A stretch of 64,000 bases of DNA, taken from NCBI RefSeq assembly GCF_009914755.1, contig NC_060933.1; one strand, written 5' to 3'. This stretch comes from the human T2T-CHM13v2.0 reference genome, Homo sapiens. The translations under genes and the position numbers were made by a program. The notes beneath the pieces were generated by a model, which saw only the letters and a list, made by a program, of their open reading frames with translations, made no database searches and was not told the origin of the DNA. Shown here piece after piece: positions 56,955 to 64,000 of the stretch. The stretch's first letter is position 1. Each line of letters starts with the position of its first letter.

Positions 56955-57353
56955 GTATGATTTGTGGTAGGTAAAGTCATAAGCTACCACAGACTGCCCT
57001 TTTTGGTTGTTGCTCCCATGAACTCTGACCATGTTTCTTAATACTTATTTTATTCTGCATCTCGATATCATAGACTCTCTGTCACCTAACCCTTTATTAT
57101 TGTTTTTAAAAGCCATTTTGTCTCTTTATACAGGAGCTGCTTTTTACTTAATATTTTCTTTATCATATTATTTTCTTTCCCCATTTTTTACTTAACATCC
57201 ATTCCATTTGGCAGGGGGGCTTCATGTCTTATCTCTGAATCCTGGCTGATTACAATGTTTCTGGAGTGCTTTTGATGGGCAGTGAGTAAATGCTTGTTAA
57301 TGAATGAATTATTGTTTCCCCTGGATCTTTGTCTTTTATCCTTCTTAGCATCT

Positions 57354-57670
57354 TTTTTTATTTTTATTTTTATTTTTTTGAGATTAGGTCTCACTCTATT
57401 GCCTAGGCTGGTGTGCAGCGACGCAAACACAGCTTGCTGCAGCCTCAACCTGTTGGGCTTAAGTGATCAATCCTCCCACCTCAGCTACCTGAGTAGCTGG
57501 GACTACAGGTGTGTACCACCATGTCTGGCTAATTAAAAAAAAATTTTTTTTTTGTAGAGATGAAGTCTCACTGTTGCCCAGGCTGGTCTCAAACTCCTGA
57601 GCTCAAGTGATCCTCCCACCTCACTCTCCCAAAATGCTGGGATTACAGGCATGAGCCACTATGCCTGGCC
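57354..57670 (-). mobile_element. AluJ
   Basis: TSD TTAGCATCT. Confidence 0.9.
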
Positions 57671-57904
57671 ATTAGCATCTGGTCCCTTCTGTTAATTATT
57701 TGGTCTGATCATATTCCAATAATGCTTTCTCATCCTTAATTTTCTTGAACTTAGTGGAGTTTTTTTTCATCCTACCCTGTTTTCCTTGATAGACTGATTA
57801 ATCCCACCTTGACTTTATTTGTTTCTTTGTTTGCCCATCTTACTTTGTTTCTCCTTGCTTCAAAGACCTTGGTTGATCTTTGTATTTCCTTTTTATTATT
57901 CCAG

Positions 57905-59625
57905 ATGTTTTGAACAGAGATAAGGATGAGGAGCCAACTGTAAAACAAGAGATTGAAGAAATTGAGGAAGAAGTGGAACCACAGGGTGTAATAGTTACAA
58001 GAATCAAAAGTGAAATTGACCAGGATCCTATGGGTAGAGAAACATTTGAACTTGTTGGTAGGTTAGATAAACAAAGAGGGATCTTCCTATGGGAAATACC
58101 AAGGGAATCTTTGACCCAGGAACAGAGAATGTTCAGAGAAAACACTAACATTATCCGTAAAAGACCAAACTCAGAAGAGAAATGCCATAAATGTGAAGAA
58201 TGTGGAAAGGGTTTTGTCCGCAAGGCCCATTTCATTCAACATCAAAGGGTCCATACTGGTGAGAAACCTTTTCAGTGCAATGAATGTGGGAAAAGTTTTA
58301 GTCGCAGTTCATTTGTTATTGAACATCAGAGAATTCACACTGGGGAAAGGCCCTATGAGTGTAATTACTGTGGAAAAACCTTTAGTGTGAGCTCAACCCT
58401 TATTAGACATCAGAGAATCCACACTGGAGAAAGACCCTATCAGTGTAATCAGTGTAAACAGAGCTTCAGCCAGAGAAGGAGCCTTGTTAAACATCAAAGG
58501 ATTCATACAGGTGAGAAACCCCATAAATGTAGTGACTGTGGGAAAGCCTTCAGTTGGAAATCACACCTTATTGAGCATCAAAGAACTCACACTGGTGAGA
58601 AACCTTATCACTGTACCAAATGTAAGAAGAGCTTTAGTCGAAATTCATTGCTTGTTGAGCATCAAAGAATTCACACTGGGGAAAGACCCCATAAATGTGG
58701 TGAATGTGGGAAAGCCTTTCGATTAAGCACATACCTTATACAACACCAAAAAATTCACACTGGCGAGAAGCCTTTTCTTTGTATTGAGTGTGGAAAAAGT
58801 TTCAGTCGGAGCTCATTCCTTATTGAACATCAGAGGATCCATACTGGTGAAAGACCTTATCAGTGCAAAGAGTGTGGGAAAAGTTTCAGTCAGCTTTGCA
58901 ACCTTACTCGTCATCAGAGAATTCACACAGGAGACAAGCCCCATAAATGTGAGGAATGTGGAAAAGCCTTTAGTAGAAGCTCAGGTCTTATTCAGCATCA
59001 GAGAATTCACACCAGGGAGAAGACTTATCCATACAATGAAACTAAGGAAAGTTTTGATCCAAATTGCAGTCTTGTTATACAGCAGGAAGTCTACCCTAAG
59101 GAGAAATCTTATAAATGTGATGAATGTGGGAAAACTTTTAGTGTTAGTGCTCATCTTGTACAACATCAAAGAATCCACACTGGTGAAAAGCCCTATCTAT
59201 GTACTGTCTGTGGGAAAAGCTTCAGCCGGAGCTCATTTCTTATTGAACATCAGAGAATCCACACTGGTGAGAGACCCTATCTGTGCAGACAGTGTGGAAA
59301 AAGCTTTAGTCAGCTTTGTAATCTTATTCGACATCAGGGTGTTCACACAGGTAATAAACCCCATAAATGTGATGAATGTGGAAAGGCCTTTAGCCGGAAC
59401 TCGGGTCTTATTCAGCATCAGAGAATACACACAGGAGAGAAACCTTATAAGTGTGAGAAGTGCGACAAAAGTTTCAGTCAACAGCGCAGTCTTGTCAACC
59501 ATCAGAAGATCCATGCAGAGGTGAAAACCCAAGAAACCCATGAATGTGACGCTTGTGGTGAAGCCTTTAATTGCCGTATTTCTCTTATTCAGCATCAGAA
59601 ATTGCACACAGCATGGATGCAATAA
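57905..59625 (+). CDS. ZNF189: ZNF189 zinc-finger exon: 16 C2H2 fingers plus one degenerate finger
   Basis: Acceptor TTCCAG at 57904 and tandem C2H2 fingers with TGEKP linkers. 33+127+1721=1881 nt = 626 aa + stop. Confidence 0.97.
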
Positions 59626-60608
59626 ATGTAGAGCAATACATAAGCTCAATTTGATTTGAGACTAGTACCCAAGTGCAGTTTTAGTATGGCTCAACATGGG
59701 TCAGATTTAGTGATAAAGCAAATTCTCCTTGGCCTCAGGCAAATAGTTTCTAAAGATTCTGTGAATAGTGGACAACTGCCCATGAGCATTTGACTTCCCT
59801 TACTCTTTGATGATCGTAGAGAAAGACTTGGTAATTTATCTAAGTATCTTTAATAAATCTTTCAGCAGAGAGATTAAACCTAGGTTCAGAGCATGGGTGC
59901 TCTGAGGGACAAAGTTGGATTAGTATAAGGGAGCTGGAGCAGCTGATAGTGGAAAACAGAATAATGATTCAAAGAGTCTTCTGTCACCATGTCATATTGT
60001 GGTTCTTTCAGTTCCATGATATGTTTGGCTCTGCATGCCAAAGTCCAGTGATTAAGCATATATAAGTTGTCAAGGAAACAAAGCCCAAATGTTTTTAAAA
60101 CAAGTATACAGTTTTTGTCATTGTTTAAGAAAGCCAGTTGTTTGGCATGTGAGTTAAAGGCAGTTCCAATGCCTGATGGTTCCCAGATCTATGAAATGAG
60201 TGGACCATTAACCTTACATGTAAAGATTATGTTAGTAATTAAGAAACCTAACAAAGGTGTTACCAAGGAACCTTTGGGAGTGCCTTTTTTGTTTTTCAAG
60301 ATGGACCCAAAAAAGTGGAGGAAGATATTGTTCTTTTGTGCCCTCCTACCTGTGAGAGATATTTGTAGTCCTATGTGAATGAGCTTATCCCTCCACAACC
60401 AGGTGCATATGAAAGTGTACATATTATGACTGCCAAGTATTGGAAATGAAAAGACCTGGAGTCTATGCTAGGAAGCTGAGATATTTTGGTATTGCATTGG
60501 TTTTTATGGTAACTAGGTTTTGCATGCAATTAAAAATCCTTATTTCTTGTTCTAGGGCTTCCCTTAGTTAATGGTTATTATAAACCTATTAATTCATCTG
60601 TTTTAACC

Positions 60609-60614
60609 ATTAAA
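60609..60614 (+). terminator. ZNF189: Likely ZNF189 poly(A) signal ATTAAA
   Basis: ATTAAA ~1 kb after the stop, followed by T/GT-rich sequence. Confidence 0.55.
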
Positions 60615-61529
60615 ACCTGTTTTGTTTTTAGCTTTGTGTAAGAGTTGTTACTTTAGTGTAAAACCAATTCTGTCAAACGCATTACTGTGTTTTTAAAATT
60701 AGAATCAAAAATAGGAAGGAAATAGCTGTCATTTGTTCTGTGTGTGACTAGTTAAGCTTTTCTGGAGTAGCTCAATTAAGCCCAGGTTCTTCAGTTTCTG
60801 AGTATAGAATTCCAAATTAGCAGAATTCTGTAATTCCAGCTTCCTAATAGTTTGAGCAAATGACCCCTCCTTCTCCTGTACCTCAGTCATTCCAAAAATT
60901 ACCTCCAGACTTTCATCTTCCCATCTCTTTATGTGTGTACCTGCATGTGAGTGTGGAGATTATGGTACATGTATAGAAAGATACATATCTTTGTGCACTC
61001 CCTTATTCAAATTAGGTACTCATAGTTACTATACAGTTGACATTTCAAAACAATTTGTAGTCCAAGGAAAAGTACAAAAAACAACATACTGCACCTGACT
61101 CATATAAAATTTTCCTGCCCTGGACCTTCCCAGTTGTACTTATTTTACACTAGTGGTTCCCAGATCAGGATCTCAACTAATGAGGTTCTTAGACCTGTTC
61201 TCAGTATTTTAAAAATCTATTGTGTATGTTTTCACTGCATGTACACTGAAACACATTTCTTTGCTTTTTGTTGAAGTCACATCAGTTTCATGTACGGTTA
61301 TATTCCATAGCAGAAGCACTGGCTGCTGTTGACCTCATAGTAGTTTGAGGCTATGGTTGTATGAGGTAGTCCTACATAATTTTTAATATCCTTGGACATG
61401 AATCTGGAATTTATAGAAATTTCTTAATTTTAAAATCCTTGGACAACTCAGAACTCCAGTAACAGTGAACAGTTCTTGACTGCATATACACATCATTGCT
61501 TATAAAAAACATAGAACCCTAAAAAATCA

Positions 61530-62331
61530 TTTTTTTAAAATTATACTTTAAGTTCTGGGATACATGTGCAGAATGTGCAGGTTTGTTACATAGGTATACA
61601 TGTGCCATGGTGTCATTCTGCATAGTGCCATCGCAGAAATTTTCTTCCATTCTGTAGGTTGCCTGTTCACTCTGATGCTAGTTTCTTTTGCTGTGCAGAA
61701 ACTCTTTAGTTTAGTTAGATCCCATTCATCAATTTTGGCTTTTGTTGCTTTAGTGTTTTAGTTAATTTTGGTGTTTTAGTCATGAAGTCTTTGCCCATGC
61801 CTATGTTCTGAATGGTATTGCCTAGGTTTTCTTCTAGGGTTTTTATGGTTTTAGGTTTTACATTTAAATCTTTATTCCATCTTGAGCTAATTTTTGCATA
61901 AGGTGTAAGGAAGGGGTCCAGTTTCCGCTTTCTGCATATGGCTAGCCAGTTTTCCCAGGACCATTTATTAAATAGGGAATCCTTTCCCCATTGCTTGTTT
62001 TTGTCAGGTTTGTCAAAGATCAGATGGTTGTAGATGTGTGCTGTTATTTCTGAGGCCTCTGTTTTGTTCCATTGGTCTATATATCTGTTTTGGTACCAGT
62101 ACCATGCTGTTTTGGTTTCTGTAGGCTTGTAGTATAGTTTGAAGTCAGGTAGCGTGATGCCTCCAGCTTTGTTCTTTTTGCTTAGGATTGTCTTGGCTAT
62201 GTGGTGGGTTCTTTTTTGGTTCCATAGGAAATTTAAAGTAGTTTTTTTCTAGTTCTGTGAAAAAAGTCAATGGTAGCTTGATGGGAATAGCATTGAATTT
62301 ATAAATTACTTTAGGCAGTATGGCCATTTTT
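61530..62331 (-). mobile_element. L1PA 3' fragment with an internal deletion
   Basis: TTATACTTTAAGTTCTGGGATACATGTGCAG end joined to ORF2 sequence ([19 protein letters not shown]). Confidence 0.92.
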
Positions 62332-62362
62332 ACCTAAAAATTCATTTTTAAAAAAAAGCAGT

Positions 62363-62670
<308 letters not shown>

Positions 62671-64000
62671 TTAAGTGTCCATTTCTGTTTCCCAAGAAAA
62701 TTATAAAAGTATGCAGAAGGCTCTAGAGAGGGAAATGAAGTATCTAGAAGAGAAGGGAAGAAAAAAGTTAAATCAAGAGGAGGGTGCTTAAGATGAAGCT
62801 AAAAGATGAGTACCAGGGAAGATAAATAGTATCTGAAGGCGGGGGAATTGTGAGATAACTGGTAGCTACAAATTGAATTCCTGATTGCTTGGTGAATTGG
62901 GAATGTGACAGGAGGTAAGGCTGCCCTTCTGTAAGGGCAGATCAAGAGTTGTCATGCTAGGGAGACTATTCTGCCTAAAATTCTGGGGTACTATTTTGTG
63001 TTTAAGTATGCTATGTATATTAAAAGGGTACATATTTGAAGTGTTCGGCTCTTAGTTTTCACTACTAAACACCTGTGTAACCAGCACTCAGCTTAAGAAT
63101 AACATTACTAGTACTAGAAATACTTCCCTTGTGCAACTTTCCAAATATTAAACCCAAAAATCCTATGTTCCATAGGGAGGGAAAGATTTGGGACCAGGTT
63201 TTTTGGTTGTTTGTGTTTTTTGTTTGTTTTTTAAATTTTCACCTGATTCTTATTAAGTGTGCAAGGACCATGGTTCTTGACCTTCCTTAGATTTGTGGAT
63301 CTTAATTCTCAGAAAATTGCGCATGGAAAATATTGTGCCAGGGCCTTGTTTCTGTGTAAAAACTTCAAGAGGTCTTTAAAGTAGTACAGTTGAGAGATTA
63401 TGGTGCTTCAACTAAGGCAGTGGGAATGTGAGAAAGATGAATTTGAGAAATATTTATAAACAGTGAGATTTGGTTGCTAATTGGATGAGAAAACTAAGGA
63501 AGAGTAAAGATTCAAAGTCAGTTTGGGTTGTTGGTGCTCTTATTCAATGAGACAGGACAAAAAAAAAGTGTACCTTGTATGGAATGAGGAGATCACTAAC
63601 ATTTTGAATGTGTGTTAGTCTGTCTGTGAGATAGTAAAGATGTCCAGAGGCAATTGCAGATATGGATATGGTGCTCAGGAAAAAGAACTGGGCTAGAAAT
63701 TGATTTAGGAATTCACCAGTGTTTAGACATGAATGGATTAAGCTTTAAGGAAAGAATACAGCAAGAAAAGAAGTCCAGAGATGGAATCCTAGGGCCTACT
63801 TTGTTTAGTGGGTAGGCAAGGTGCAAAGGAGACAGGAATAACCAGAAGTATGGGAAACCCAACATGTAGTGATAACTTCTGTCGGAAAGTGATCCAGAAG
63901 CATGCTGCAGAGAGGCTGAGGAAGGGTTGAAGAGTGTCTTTTGGATTTGATAATTAGTCATTAATGGGTTTCTGTAAGAACAGCTTCTGGAGTTAGGAAG

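Noticed and set aside
58784-59524. 246-aa alternative-frame ORF and antisense ORFs over the ZNF189 fingers
   Set aside because: Typical shadow ORFs of tandem C2H2 codon structure, with no independent support.

Overview
Human (primate, Alu-rich) genomic DNA, recognisable as the 9q31.1 BAAT - MRPL50 - ZNF189 locus. Three protein-coding genes reconstruct exactly from GT-AG exons. BAAT (- strand) has coding exons 21382-20917, 18300-18098 and 12994-12407, giving 418 aa with a Cys235 nucleophile and C-terminal SQL. MRPL50 (- strand) has exons 48567-48476 and 40825-40441, giving 158 aa. ZNF189 (+ strand) has exons 49132-49164, 49859-49985 and 57905-59625, giving 626 aa with KRAB-A plus 16 C2H2 fingers. 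MRPL50 and ZNF189 share a bidirectional CpG-island promoter. Three processed pseudogenes (TRMT112, ZBTB10, FYTTD1) cluster around BAAT. Most of the remainder is Alu, L1, L2, MaLR/ERV LTR and DNA-transposon debris. I see no new multi-gene system. The most interesting structure is how BAAT's non-coding architecture appears to be built from retro-elements. Its likely first exon and promoter lie in a MER11 LTR, with the splice donor formed at the LTR/target-site-duplication junction. Its long 3' UTR would be antisense to a ZBTB10 retrocopy and end at an MST LTR poly(A) signal. Other notable items are a dead KRAB-B exon in ZNF189 intron 2, a templated duplication carrying a CTCF motif, and direct repeats flanking BAAT exon 3. 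Repeat subfamily names, transcript ends and literature statements come from recall and were not checked by any search.
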